This document shows, one piece after another, positions 10,839-20,879 of a DNA stretch of 46,367 nucleotides. Source of the DNA: Actinomycetota bacterium (GTDB taxonomy: Bacteria; Actinomycetota; Actinomycetes; Actinomycetales; Dermatophilaceae); the NCBI GenBank assembly GCA_040005715.1, contig JBDTYK010000001.1, forward strand, positions 1 to 46,367, in the 5' to 3' direction. The number at the start of each line of letters is the position of its first letter. The stretch's first letter is position 1. The notes beneath the pieces are model-generated. The model made no database searches. It had not been told where the DNA came from and worked only from the letters and a program-made list of their open reading frames with translations. Position numbers and translations under genes: made by a program.

Positions 10839-12577
10839 CGTCTGTGCTCGCATCGCTGCTGCGCCAATATCTCCGACCGTACCAACGCCCGATCGTCGTG
10901 ATCGTCCTGTTCCAGCTCATCGCGACCATCGCGAGTCTCTATCTGCCGGGGCTGAACGCCCAGATCATCGACCAGGGAGTTGTCAGGGGGGACACGGGTT
11001 ACATCGTCCACGCCGGTGTCGTGATGCTTGGCGTGACTGTCGTGCAGATCGTGAGCTCCATCACGGCTGTGTACTTCGGTGCCCGCACCGCCATGGCACT
11101 GGGCAGAGACCTCCGTGAGTCGGTCTTCGTCACGGTCGAGTCCTTCGCCGCCCAGGAAGTCGGGCGGTTCGGTGCGCCGTCGCTGATCACCAGGTCCACC
11201 AACGACATCCAGCAGGTCCAGATGCTTGTCCTGCTGATCTTCACGATGATGATCACCGCGCCGATCATGTGCTTCGGCGGCATCATCATGGCGCTTCGAC
11301 AGGACGTCTACCTCTCCTCGCTGCTGGTGGTCATCGTTCCGGTCCTGCTGGCGTGCGTCATCGCGATCATCTCGCGGATGCGGCCGCTCTTCCGGTCGAT
11401 GCAGCTCAAGATCGACCTGATCAACCAGATCCTGCGTGAGCAGATCGGCGGGGTCCGCGTCATCCGCGCCTTTGTCAAGGACACCCATGAACGCGAACGG
11501 TTCGACGGTGCCAGCGCAGACCTGAGGGATGTCTCCATCAGTGTGGGCAGGCTGATGGCGCTGATGTTCCCCACCGTGATGCTGGTCATGAACGCATCGA
11601 GCGTCGCCGTCATGTGGTTCGGCGGACATCGAATTGCCAGCGGGGACATGCAGATCGGGACTTTGACGGCGTTCCTGAGCTATCTCATGCAGATCCTGAT
11701 GGCGGTGATGATGGCCACCTTCATGTTCGTCCTCCTGCCTCGGGCGGAGGTCAGCGCCGAGCGGATCACCGAAGTGCTCGACACCGTTCCGAGCGTTCAG
11801 TCACCTGACCAGCCTGCGGTGCGCACCCGGCATACCGGAGTCGTTGAGCTACGCGAGGCATCCTTCAGCTATCCGGGAGCACAGGAGGCGGTCCTTCATG
11901 CCGCCAGCCTCCTTGCCCGGCCGGGAGAGACAACGGCGATCGTGGGGTCAACCGGCAGCGGAAAGACGACGCTGCTCAACCTCATCCCCCGGCTGGTGGA
12001 CGTCACAGGCGGGATGGTGCTGGTTGATGGCCTCGACGTCCGCTCGCTGGACCCCGGCGACCTCCGGTCGTCGATCGGGCTGGTTCCTCAAAGGCCCTAC
12101 CTCTTCGGGGGCACGGTTGCGACCAACCTTCGGTACGGCAAGACCGATGCAACCGACGAGGAGCTATGGGCAGCACTGGAGATCGCTCAGGCCCGTGACT
12201 TCGTCAAGGCCATGCCGGAGGGGTTGAACACGGTCATCGCCCAGGGCGGAACCAATGTGTCCGGCGGTCAGCGGCAGCGCCTGGCCATCGCCCGTGCCAT
12301 CGTCAAGGCACCCGACATCTATCTGTTCGACGACTCGTTCTCGGCCCTTGACTACGACACGGACGCGCGGCTGCGTGCGGCTTTGTCGACCGTCACCGCC
12401 CGCAGCGCAGTGATCATCGTTGCGCAGCGGATCAGCACGGTTCGCTACGCCGAACGGATCGTCGTCCTGGACCAAGGCTCGGTCGTCGGGACCGGGACCC
12501 ACTCGAGCCTGATGTCCTCGTGCGAGACGTACCGGCAGATCGTGCTTTCGCAGCTGAGTGAGGACGAAGCCGCATGA
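10835..12577 (+). CDS. ABC exporter fused permease/ATPase, the degenerate-site half of a heterodimer
   Basis: 580 aa. Six-TM domain plus an NBD with Walker A GSTGSGKTT and signature VSGGQRQRL. Walker B is IYLFDDS, with Asp in place of the catalytic Glu. TTG start; alternative starts lie a few codons downstream. Confidence 0.88.
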   Translation: MTSVLASLLRQYLRPYQRPIVVIVLFQLIATIASLYLPGLNAQIIDQGVVRGDTGYIVHAGVVMLGVTVVQIVSSITAVYFGARTAMALGRDLRESVFVTVESFAAQEVGRFGAPSLITRSTNDIQQVQMLVLLIFTMMITAPIMCFGGIIMALRQDVYLSSLLVVIVPVLLACVIAIISRMRPLFRSMQLKIDLINQILREQIGGVRVIRAFVKDTHERERFDGASADLRDVSISVGRLMALMFPTVMLVMNASSVAVMWFGGHRIASGDMQIGTLTAFLSYLMQILMAVMMATFMFVLLPRAEVSAERITEVLDTVPSVQSPDQPAVRTRHTGVVELREASFSYPGAQEAVLHAASLLARPGETTAIVGSTGSGKTTLLNLIPRLVDVTGGMVLVDGLDVRSLDPGDLRSSIGLVPQRPYLFGGTVATNLRYGKTDATDEELWAALEIAQARDFVKAMPEGLNTVIAQGGTNVSGGQRQRLAIARAIVKAPDIYLFDDSFSALDYDTDARLRAALSTVTARSAVIIVAQRISTVRYAERIVVLDQGSVVGTGTHSSLMSSCETYRQIVLSQLSEDEAA

Positions 12578-14550
12578 GCACGACAGGATCGCGGCCGTCA
12601 CCACCGCTGCGAGGTCCCATGGGCGCCATGATGGGCGGCCCTCCGGTCAAGGCCTCGAACTTCAAGGGGTCCATGCGACGACTGGTGGGCAGGCTGCGGG
12701 GGGACCGCCGGCTGGTTTCCGCTGCCGTCGTGCTGGGCGTCGTCAGCGTGGCCCTGTCGGTCGTCGGGCCCAAGATCCTGGGTCACGCCACCGACCTGAT
12801 CTTCAACGGGCTGATCGGGGGACGCCTGCCAGCCGGCGTGACCAAGGCCCAGGCCGTCGCCAGGCTGCGAGCCGACGGACAGGGCCGCATTGCCGACATG
12901 GTCTCGGCCATGGACGTGGTGCCGGGCCGCGGAGTCAACTTCGAGGCTGTTGGCCAGGTCCTGCTCACCGTCCTCGTGCTGTATGTCGTCGCCTCAGTCC
13001 TCTCCTGGTTCCAGGGTCGGGTCACCACGGTCATCGTGCAGCGCACGGTCTATCGGATGAGGGGCGAGGTCGAGGCGAAGTTCGGACGGATGCCGTTGTC
13101 CTACTTCGACTCCCAGCCGCGGGGGGAGCTTCTCAGCCGAGTCACCAACGACATCGACAACGTGGCCAACTCCCTGCAGCAGACCATCAGCCAGCTGCTG
13201 ACGTCGCTGCTCACGGTCATCGGTGTGCTCGCGATGATGATCTACGTCTCACCGGTACTTGCCCTGGTCGCGCTGGTCACGGTGCCTGCGTCGATGTTCA
13301 TCACCTTGACCATCGCGAAGCGATCCAAGCCGCAGTTCGTCGCCCAGTGGTCGACCACCGGCAAGCTGAACGGGCACATCGAAGAAGCCTTCACCGGACA
13401 TGAGCTGGTCAAGGTCTTCGGGCGCACCGAAGAGACAGTCTCGGCATTCCGTGAGCTCAACGGGCAGCTGTACGTCTCCAGCTTCAAGGCCCAGTTCATC
13501 TCCGGCCTGATCCAGCCGGCCATGATGTTCATGGCAAACCTCAACTACGTTGCCATTGCCGTGATCGGGGGCCTTCGCGTTGCTTCGGGAGCCATCAGTC
13601 TCGGTGACGTCCAGGCCTTCATCCAGTACTCCCGGCAGTTCACCCAGCCCCTGACCCAGGTCGCCTCGATGGCGAACCTCCTGCAGAGCGGGGTCGCCTC
13701 GGCAGAGCGGGTCTTCGAGGTGCTCGACGCGCCGGAGCAGTCCGCCGATGCCAACCCGGCGGTCACCCCCGGCAAGGTGCGCGGTCGGATCGCCTTCGAG
13801 GACGTCTCGTTCTCCTACAACCCGTCTCAGCCGCTCATCGAACATCTGGATCTGGTGGCAGAGCCTGGACAGACCATCGCCATCGTCGGCCCTACCGGAG
13901 CGGGGAAGACCACGCTGGCCAATCTCCTGCTGCGTTTCTACGATGTCGACTCAGGACGGATAACCCTCGATGGTGTTGACATCAGGGACATGCGCCGCGA
14001 GGACCTTCGCAGCCAGTTCGGCATGGTCTTGCAGGACACCTGGCTGTTTGGTGGTTCCATCCACGAGAACATCGCCTATGGCGCCGACGACGCTTCAGCA
14101 GAACAGGTCAGCGCAGCGGCCGCGGCGGCAAACGCGGACCACTTCGTGCGGACACTTCCCGAGGGCTACGACACCGTCATTGACGACGACGGTGCCAGCG
14201 TCAGTGCCGGGCAGCGACAGCTCCTCACCATCGCACGGGCATTCCTGGCCGATCCGGCGATCCTGATCCTGGACGAGGCGACCAGCTCGGTCGACACCCG
14301 GACCGAGGCGCTCGTGCAGCAGGCCATGGCGGCACTGCGCACCGGGCGCACCAGCTTCGTGATCGCACACCGACTCTCCACCATCCGCGACGCCGACCGG
14401 ATAGTCGTGATGGTGGACGGGAGCATCGTCGAGCACGGGACGCATGTCGAGCTGATTGCAGCGCAGGGCGCCTATTACCGCTTGTACGTCTCTCAGTTCA
14501 GCGGCGCCGTCGCTGACGCGGATCTGGAGTCGCCCCAGCCGGTCGGCTGA
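12574..14550 (+). CDS. ABC exporter fused permease/ATPase, the consensus-site half of a heterodimer
   Basis: 658 aa. ATGA overlap with the preceding gene. Walker A GPTGAGKTT, signature VSAGQRQLL, canonical Walker B ILILDEATS. Confidence 0.9.
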   Translation: MSTTGSRPSPPLRGPMGAMMGGPPVKASNFKGSMRRLVGRLRGDRRLVSAAVVLGVVSVALSVVGPKILGHATDLIFNGLIGGRLPAGVTKAQAVARLRADGQGRIADMVSAMDVVPGRGVNFEAVGQVLLTVLVLYVVASVLSWFQGRVTTVIVQRTVYRMRGEVEAKFGRMPLSYFDSQPRGELLSRVTNDIDNVANSLQQTISQLLTSLLTVIGVLAMMIYVSPVLALVALVTVPASMFITLTIAKRSKPQFVAQWSTTGKLNGHIEEAFTGHELVKVFGRTEETVSAFRELNGQLYVSSFKAQFISGLIQPAMMFMANLNYVAIAVIGGLRVASGAISLGDVQAFIQYSRQFTQPLTQVASMANLLQSGVASAERVFEVLDAPEQSADANPAVTPGKVRGRIAFEDVSFSYNPSQPLIEHLDLVAEPGQTIAIVGPTGAGKTTLANLLLRFYDVDSGRITLDGVDIRDMRREDLRSQFGMVLQDTWLFGGSIHENIAYGADDASAEQVSAAAAAANADHFVRTLPEGYDTVIDDDGASVSAGQRQLLTIARAFLADPAILILDEATSSVDTRTEALVQQAMAALRTGRTSFVIAHRLSTIRDADRIVVMVDGSIVEHGTHVELIAAQGAYYRLYVSQFSGAVADADLESPQPVG

Positions 14551-14722
14551 GCCAGCCCCGGCACTCGCTGGCCTTCTTCGTCCTGGGCGAGCAGATCGCG
14601 GCTGTTGGCCGGTTCCTGTCGCGTCGAGCGCGATCCCAAGCGCTCACCGTGGAACAAACCGGCTCGTGCCTGCCTGTGGACGACCGGCGGGGGTGACAGC
14701 GGCGGCGCCTAGGGTCGAGACC

Positions 14723-16846
14723 ATGTCCGCAGCTCCGAGCTCACCAACCCTTGGTCCCGAACGGTCCGGCATCGCCGAGCGGGTGATCCGGGAGATCGCC
14801 GGCGAGCAAGCCGTGCTCCGTGATGATCAGCGTCTGGCGGTGGCGGCCCTGTGCGAGCCGGCAGCCAGGGTCCTTGTCGTCCAGGCGACCGGCTGGGGCA
14901 AGTCGGCCGTCTACTGGGCCGCGACGGCGATCCGCCGTCACGAGGGCGCCGGTCCGGCGCTTGTCGTCTCGCCCTTGCTGTCGCTGATGCGCGATCAGGT
15001 GGCCGCAGCTGAACGGGCGGGACTGCGGGCGGCCACGCTCAACTCGTCCAACATCGACACCTGGTCGCTGGTCGAGGCTTCCCTTCGCGCAGATGAGCTC
15101 GACGTCCTGCTGGTCTCTCCCGAGCGGTTGGCCAACCCGGGGTTCGGGCGGCGGGTGCTCGATGAGCTCTCCGGCCGGCTCGGGCTGCTGGTGATCGACG
15201 AAGCCCACGCCGTCTCGGACTGGGGCCACGACTTCCGCCCGGACTACAGAAGGGTTGCCGACGTCCTGCAGAAGCTGAACCCGAATACGCCCGTGCTGGC
15301 TACCACCGCGACGGCAAACGCGCGCGTGACGCTGGACGTGGCAGCCCAGCTCGGCGAGGCAACCCTGGTCCTGCGGGGTCCGCTGGCGCGTGGCAGCCTC
15401 CAGCTCGCCGTCGTGGATGCCCTCTCGCCGATCGAGCGATTCGCCTGGGTCGTGGACCATCTGCCACGGCTCCAAGGCTCCGGGATCGTCTACACGCTGA
15501 CCGTGGCCGATGCTGAGCGCCTGGCGGCGGTCGTGCAGTTCATCCATGGGGACAGCTGCAAGGTCGCGGCATACACCGGCGGTCTGGAGCCCGGCGAGCG
15601 CGAACGGCTCGAGGACGCGCTTCGTGGCAACCGGCTCAAGGCCCTGATCGCGACATCCGCTCTGGGCATGGGCTACGACAAACCGGATCTTGGCTTCGTC
15701 GTGCATGTGGGCTCGCCACCGTCACCTGTGTCCTACTACCAGCAGGTTGGGCGCGCCGGTCGCGGCATCGACCACGCCATGGTGGCGCTGTTGCCCTCGG
15801 ACGCCGATGCAGGCGTGTGGGACTACTTCGCGACGGCAACCATCCCCGATCCTGCCCAGGTCGAGCGACTGATCGACGGGCTTTCGGCCTATGGGGACGG
15901 GCAGCCGGCGACGGTTCCGGCACTCGAGGCCGAGACCGGTCTGCGACGTGGACGCGTTGAGCTGATGCTCAAGCAGCTTGCTGTGGACAACGTGGTTGAG
16001 CGCGTTGATGGCGGGTGGCGCCCCACCGGCGCCGGCTGGGTCTATGACAAGGCGCACTATGACGCCCTCATCGCCGTCCGGCGGCGCGAGGCCGAGATCA
16101 TGCGTGCCTACACTCGCGGGAAGAGCTGCCTGATGCAGCTGCTTCAGGAGTCTCTCGACGACAGCAGCGCCCAGAGCTGCGGGCGCTGCTCGGTTTGTCT
16201 CGGGCACCTTCCGCAACCCTTGGCTGCGCGTCCCGAGCAGGCCACTGTCGAGGCGGTCAGGCTCCGGCTCAGGGGTGAGATCAGGGTGCTCGAGCCGCGC
16301 AAGATGTGGCCTGGGGGAGCCTTCGGCACAAGGGGGCGGATTCCGCCCGGGCTGATGGCCGAGGCCGGCCGGGTCATTGTCTATGCCGACGCTCCCGAAT
16401 GGCGCGACCTCGTACAGTCGACCTTTGCACTGGATGCCCCTCCCTCCCAGGAGCTGCGGGATGCAGCTGTGGCGGCGCTCGGGAGCTGGCGTGACTTCTG
16501 GGCGGCGCGTCCCGAGGTGGTCGTGGCACTGCCGGCAGCCGGCTACGTCCTGATGACTGGCGGGCTGGCCGACCATCTGGCAGAGGTGGGTCGGCTGGGC
16601 CGAGCCGACCTGACCGTGGCGACCGATCACGGTGCGCCCAGCGACCTGTCCTCGCCGCAGGAGGCAGCTCTGTGGCGAGATGCCATTCGCGTCAACGACG
16701 ACCTGCTCTCAGCGGTGTCCGGCAAGGTGGTGCTGCTGGTGGTCGATGCGTCATCGTCGCAGTGGCCGATCACCGTGGCTGCAGCACATCTGCGTCAGGG
16801 CGACGCCTCGATGGTGCTGCCGCTACTGGTTCACCGGCGCCCATAA
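14723..16846 (+). CDS. RecQ-like ATP-dependent DNA helicase (RqlH-type, no HRDC domain recognised)
   Basis: Uses the internal ATG (MSAAPSSPTLG) of ORF 14456..16846. Motif I QATGWGKS, DEAH box VIDEAHAVSDWGHDFRP, and a Zn-type cysteine cluster CLMQ...CGRCSVC. The C-terminal region is distinct from classical RecQ. Confidence 0.85.
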   Translation: MSAAPSSPTLGPERSGIAERVIREIAGEQAVLRDDQRLAVAALCEPAARVLVVQATGWGKSAVYWAATAIRRHEGAGPALVVSPLLSLMRDQVAAAERAGLRAATLNSSNIDTWSLVEASLRADELDVLLVSPERLANPGFGRRVLDELSGRLGLLVIDEAHAVSDWGHDFRPDYRRVADVLQKLNPNTPVLATTATANARVTLDVAAQLGEATLVLRGPLARGSLQLAVVDALSPIERFAWVVDHLPRLQGSGIVYTLTVADAERLAAVVQFIHGDSCKVAAYTGGLEPGERERLEDALRGNRLKALIATSALGMGYDKPDLGFVVHVGSPPSPVSYYQQVGRAGRGIDHAMVALLPSDADAGVWDYFATATIPDPAQVERLIDGLSAYGDGQPATVPALEAETGLRRGRVELMLKQLAVDNVVERVDGGWRPTGAGWVYDKAHYDALIAVRRREAEIMRAYTRGKSCLMQLLQESLDDSSAQSCGRCSVCLGHLPQPLAARPEQATVEAVRLRLRGEIRVLEPRKMWPGGAFGTRGRIPPGLMAEAGRVIVYADAPEWRDLVQSTFALDAPPSQELRDAAVAALGSWRDFWAARPEVVVALPAAGYVLMTGGLADHLAEVGRLGRADLTVATDHGAPSDLSSPQEAALWRDAIRVNDDLLSAVSGKVVLLVVDASSSQWPITVAAAHLRQGDASMVLPLLVHRRP

Positions 16847-16923
16847 CAACCTGCTGTCGTCGTCGGCGTGGCAGGCCCGCGGATTCGCTGGCCGGGGCGT
16901 GTTTGGTTCTGGACTCAGCGGGA

Positions 16924-17736
16924 ATGGGGTGGAGGATGAATGTCATGCGCCAAGGGTCACCAGCTCCAGCGTCGTCATCGGTCCAGCCGACGGCCCGATT
17001 CGGCGCCAGGTCGGTCCTGGCCGCGGTGGCCCTGGCCCTGGTTGCTGTCCCCTTCGCTCTGGTGCTGCTGCTGGTTGAGGACAAGTGGCCACCCTTGTTG
17101 CGTGCCGACAGCGGCGCTAGGGACAGCTTGCATGCCTACGCGGTGTCCCACACGGGGTTCGTCGGTGCAATGCAGCTGATCAGCAACCTGGGATCAGCAG
17201 TGGCGTGGCAGATCGTCCTGGTCCCGGTCGTTGTCTGGCTGCTTGTGCGTCGACTACCCAGGCTTGCCTTGTTCGTCGTGATCGCGACCGCCGGGTCATC
17301 GCTGTTGAACGCTGGTGTCAAAGCATCGGTCCATCGTCTGCGTCCGGTCCTCACCAACCCCGTCGCCCACGAGAATGGGCTCAGCTTTCCCAGCGGTCAC
17401 GCCCAGGCGGCCATCGTGGGTTACTCGGTGCTGCTCCTTGTCTTCCTGCCAATCCTGCATGGAGCCTGGCGCAGGGCGGCAATCGCCCTGGCCGTGTTCA
17501 TGGTCCTGGCAATCGGCTTCTCGCGGATCGCTCTCGGTGTCCACTACCTCTCCGACGTCCTCGGTGGCTTTGTTCTGGGCGCCGCATGGGTGGTGGCGAT
17601 GACGGCAGCATTCAACGCACTGCGCGTCGATCGGGGCCGCCGCCGTGTCGATGTGTCCGAGGGTCTGGAGCCCGAGCAGTCAGCGCGTCTGGCAGGCGGC
17701 GTCACCAAAGAGCCCGGAAACGATCTCGGCCGGTAG
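16924..17736 (+). CDS. PAP2-family phosphatase (membrane)
   Basis: Uses an internal start of ORF 16672..17736 (ATG 16924, or 16936). PAP2 motifs KASVHRLRP, PSGH and SRIALGVHYLSD. Confidence 0.85.
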   Translation: MGWRMNVMRQGSPAPASSSVQPTARFGARSVLAAVALALVAVPFALVLLLVEDKWPPLLRADSGARDSLHAYAVSHTGFVGAMQLISNLGSAVAWQIVLVPVVVWLLVRRLPRLALFVVIATAGSSLLNAGVKASVHRLRPVLTNPVAHENGLSFPSGHAQAAIVGYSVLLLVFLPILHGAWRRAAIALAVFMVLAIGFSRIALGVHYLSDVLGGFVLGAAWVVAMTAAFNALRVDRGRRRVDVSEGLEPEQSARLAGGVTKEPGNDLGR

Positions 17737-17792
17737 ATCCGCGCCGACCAGCTCAGCGGCTCAGGCCACCCGTCGCGGACCGGGACGAGAGG

Positions 17793-19226
17793 CTAGTTCA
17801 GCGTTGCCTTCTTCGCTACCGGAGCGGAGACGAGTCCGGCGGCCGCCGCCGCCTTCATCACTTCTCTTGCCACGTTCGGCACCACTCGTGCGTCGAAGAT
17901 CGACGGAACGATGTACTCCGCTGTCACGCCGTCCTCGGCGACGATATCGGCGATCGCCCGTGCTGCGGCGACCTTCATCGACATGGTCACCGAGCTCGCG
18001 CGGCTGTCGAGCAGACCACGGAACATCCCTGGGAAAACCAGCACGTTGTTGATCTGGTTGGCGTAGTCGCTTCGGCCAGTGGCCACCACAGCGACGTTGT
18101 CGGGCATCTCCTCGGGCTGGATCTCCGGAATCGGGTTGGCCATGGCGAAGACGATGGCGTTCGGGGCCATCGTGGCGATCCACGCAGGCTTGACCAGACC
18201 GGGACCGCTGACCCCGACGAAGACATCCGCACCGACCAGCGCGTCCTCGAGGCTGCCACTGAGTCCCTTGGGGTTGGTCGTCTCGGCGATCGACCTCTTG
18301 GCATCGTTCAGGTCGGTGCGCTCGCGGGAGACGATGCCCTTGCGGTCCACACCGATGAAGTGGCCCACGCCGGCGTGCTGCCACAGCTTGACGCAGGCCA
18401 CTCCGGCTGCCCCCATGCCGAGGAAGACCACTTTGAGATCCTCCAGCGGCTTACCGACTACCTCAGCCGCGCCGTACAGCGCGGCGAGCGAGACGATCGC
18501 GGTGCCGTGCTGGTCGTCGTGGAAGACGGGAATGTCCAGCTCTTCCTGCAGTCGTCGCTCGACCTCGAAGCACACTGGCGCCGCGACATCCTCAAGGTTG
18601 ATGCCGCCGAACCCGGGCGCGATCGCCTTGCCGAGGGCGACAAGCTCCTCGACGCCCGAGGTGTTCACACAGATGGGGTAGGCGTCGATGTTGGCGAGCT
18701 GCTTGAACAACATCGCCTTGCCCTCCATTACAGGCATCGCTGCTTCCGGGCCGATGTCACCCAGACCCAGAACTGCCGTGCCATCGGTCAGCACCGCCAC
18801 CGAGTTCGACTTGATGGTGTAGTCCCACACCAGCGACTTGTCCTCGGCGATCGCCGTGCAGACCCGCCCGACCCCCGGGGTGTAGGCCATCGAGAGATCG
18901 TCACGGGTGAGTACCGCGAACTTCGGCGTCACCTCGATCTTGCCGCCGACGTGACGATCAAAGACGCGGTCGGTCACCGACAGCAGCTTGACGCCGGACA
19001 CCGCCCCAGCGGCCTCCACCACCTCGCGCCCGTGCGCCTCACCGCGGGTCTCCACCTGGATCTGCCGGACGATGACATCGCGCTGGTGCTCAATGATGTC
19101 GATACTGCCCACGAGGGCTCCGGCACGGCCCAGTGCCGAGGTCAGCTTCCCCAACGTGCCGGGGACGCGCTCCAGGGACACCTGCAGGGTCAGCGTGTTG
19201 CCGGCGGACGGGTGGATCGTGACCAT
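17793..19226 (-). CDS. NAD(P)-dependent malic enzyme with an N-terminal ACT-like domain
   Basis: 477 aa. Malic-enzyme blocks ([41 protein letters not shown] Rossmann motif). Confidence 0.9.
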   Translation of the reverse strand: MVTIHPSAGNTLTLQVSLERVPGTLGKLTSALGRAGALVGSIDIIEHQRDVIVRQIQVETRGEAHGREVVEAAGAVSGVKLLSVTDRVFDRHVGGKIEVTPKFAVLTRDDLSMAYTPGVGRVCTAIAEDKSLVWDYTIKSNSVAVLTDGTAVLGLGDIGPEAAMPVMEGKAMLFKQLANIDAYPICVNTSGVEELVALGKAIAPGFGGINLEDVAAPVCFEVERRLQEELDIPVFHDDQHGTAIVSLAALYGAAEVVGKPLEDLKVVFLGMGAAGVACVKLWQHAGVGHFIGVDRKGIVSRERTDLNDAKRSIAETTNPKGLSGSLEDALVGADVFVGVSGPGLVKPAWIATMAPNAIVFAMANPIPEIQPEEMPDNVAVVATGRSDYANQINNVLVFPGMFRGLLDSRASSVTMSMKVAAARAIADIVAEDGVTAEYIVPSIFDARVVPNVAREVMKAAAAAGLVSAPVAKKATLN

Positions 19227-19365
19227 GTGCTGAAGCCTCTCCTAGGACGGCCGTCGACTCGTCCGAGGCCGTTGTCGCAACCCGGACTGACGCTGAGCTA
19301 GGTCAGGTCGCCGGGCCGGTCTGGCGCTCACTGTAGCCAGAGGCGGCTCGGGCGCTGAGGGCAGG

Positions 19366-20877
19366 TCAGCGCCCGGCGACGTCCAGCTGGGCCGCCATCG
19401 TGCTGGTCGGCGCTGCCGGGAGGGCAATGCGGAACTCGGTGCCTCCCTGGTCGCTGGTCAATGTCAGCGTCCCCCCATGGGCGAGTACCACCGCACGCGC
19501 GATGGACAGACCAAGACCGGTGCTGCCCATCGCCCTGGAGCGTGAGTCGTCGGCCCGCACAAAGCGCTCGAAGACATCTGCCTGCAGCTCCTTGGGGATA
19601 CCCGGGCCGTCATCCCTGACCGACAGGACGACCCGCTGGTCCGGCTCCACCGCGGCGCTGAGCCTGACCTCTACAGCGGTCCCCGCCGGGGTATGCGTCC
19701 GAGCGTTGGAGAGCAGGTTCATCACCACCTGATGCAGTCCGTGCTGGTCGCCGAGCACGACGACGGGCTCGTCAGGGAGGTCGAGCGACCAGCGATGCTC
19801 GGGGCCGGCCACCCGTGCGTCGCTGGTGACCTCGATGACCAGCCGTGAGAGGTCGACCTCCTTGCGTTCAAGCGGCCGGCCGGTGTCGAGGCGGGCGAGC
19901 AGGAGGAGGTCGTTGACCAGTCCGCCCATCCGGACAGCCTCCGCCTCGACCCGGGCCAGAGCGTGACTGACCTCCGGGGGGACCGGCTCGGTGTTGCGTA
20001 GAGCCAGCTCCGCGTAGCCTCGGATGCCGGCCAGCGGGGTGCGCAGCTCGTGACTGGCGTCTGCCACGAAACGGCGCAGTCGGGCCTCGGTGGCCTCGCG
20101 CTGTTCCAGTGAGGTCTCCACGTGTCCGAGCATCTGGTTGAACGCCGCCCCGAGCTGCCCCACCTCGGTTCGTGGGTCGGTCTCGGGCACCCGGTGAGGG
20201 AGGTCAACGGCGCCTTTCCCAAGGGACATGGACGAGACGCGGTTGGCAGTGGTGGTGACCCGGTCCAGCGGGCGCAGTGACAGCCGCACCCAGCCGGCTC
20301 CGGCCAGCCCGGTCAGCAGCAGGGCCGCCGCGAAGACGACGAGCTCGGTTGCCTCCAGGCGGTGCACTGTCGACTCAAGATCGCCCATCGCCAACCCGGT
20401 GATGTGGATGTCATCGTCCTGGCTGCGGGAGGCCATCAGGCGATAGTCCCCAAGGGAGGACAGCCGCCCGGTTATCGGCCGACCGTCCGTGACCTTGAGA
20501 AGGAGTGCGCGGTCGGACGGGCTCAGCGTCACGTTGCTCAACGACACCCGGCCGGCATTGTCGCGGACCACGACGGCCTGGGCCACAGACCCGTTGACGA
20601 TCCTCACGGCCAGGGTCCCCACCGCCTGACCCTCTAGCCCAGGCTCGCCGCCGGGCGGCGAGGGCAGACCAGGGCTGCCCTGCCCTCCTGGGTGCTCGAG
20701 GCTGACATCCAGGCGGCTACCGGCGCTGGCCAGGTTCTGGTCAAGACGATCGACAAGGAAGCCGCTCAAGGCAACGTTCGTGGCGACCGCGACGGCCAGG
20801 CAGGACAGCGCGAGCAGTACGAGCAGGCCGGCGATCAGTCTGGTCCGCAGCGTCCGGCCGGCAAGCCATCTGTGCAT
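19366..20877 (-). CDS. sensor histidine kinase (two TM segments, extracytoplasmic loop, HAMP, HisKA, HATPase)
   Basis: 503 aa. H-box ADASHELRTPLAGI and an N/G-box region NLLSNARTHT...GLGLSIA. Starts 2 nt after the stop of the response regulator. Confidence 0.9.
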   Translation of the reverse strand: MHRWLAGRTLRTRLIAGLLVLLALSCLAVAVATNVALSGFLVDRLDQNLASAGSRLDVSLEHPGGQGSPGLPSPPGGEPGLEGQAVGTLAVRIVNGSVAQAVVVRDNAGRVSLSNVTLSPSDRALLLKVTDGRPITGRLSSLGDYRLMASRSQDDDIHITGLAMGDLESTVHRLEATELVVFAAALLLTGLAGAGWVRLSLRPLDRVTTTANRVSSMSLGKGAVDLPHRVPETDPRTEVGQLGAAFNQMLGHVETSLEQREATEARLRRFVADASHELRTPLAGIRGYAELALRNTEPVPPEVSHALARVEAEAVRMGGLVNDLLLLARLDTGRPLERKEVDLSRLVIEVTSDARVAGPEHRWSLDLPDEPVVVLGDQHGLHQVVMNLLSNARTHTPAGTAVEVRLSAAVEPDQRVVLSVRDDGPGIPKELQADVFERFVRADDSRSRAMGSTGLGLSIARAVVLAHGGTLTLTSDQGGTEFRIALPAAPTSTMAAQLDVAGR

Positions 20878-20879
20878 GC

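Noticed and set aside
14456-16846. 5'-extended versions of track ORFs: 3590..4825, 14456..16846, 16672..17736, 20880..21737, 21916..23583, 25280..25906, 26665..32265, 34524..35216, 35059..35445, 35461..37512, 38431..39150 and 41422..43593.
   Set aside because: The extensions overlap upstream genes or are Arg/Pro-rich. Internal ATGs have Shine-Dalgarno-like sequences or ATGA coupling, and the conserved domain starts right after them. The shorter models are reported instead.
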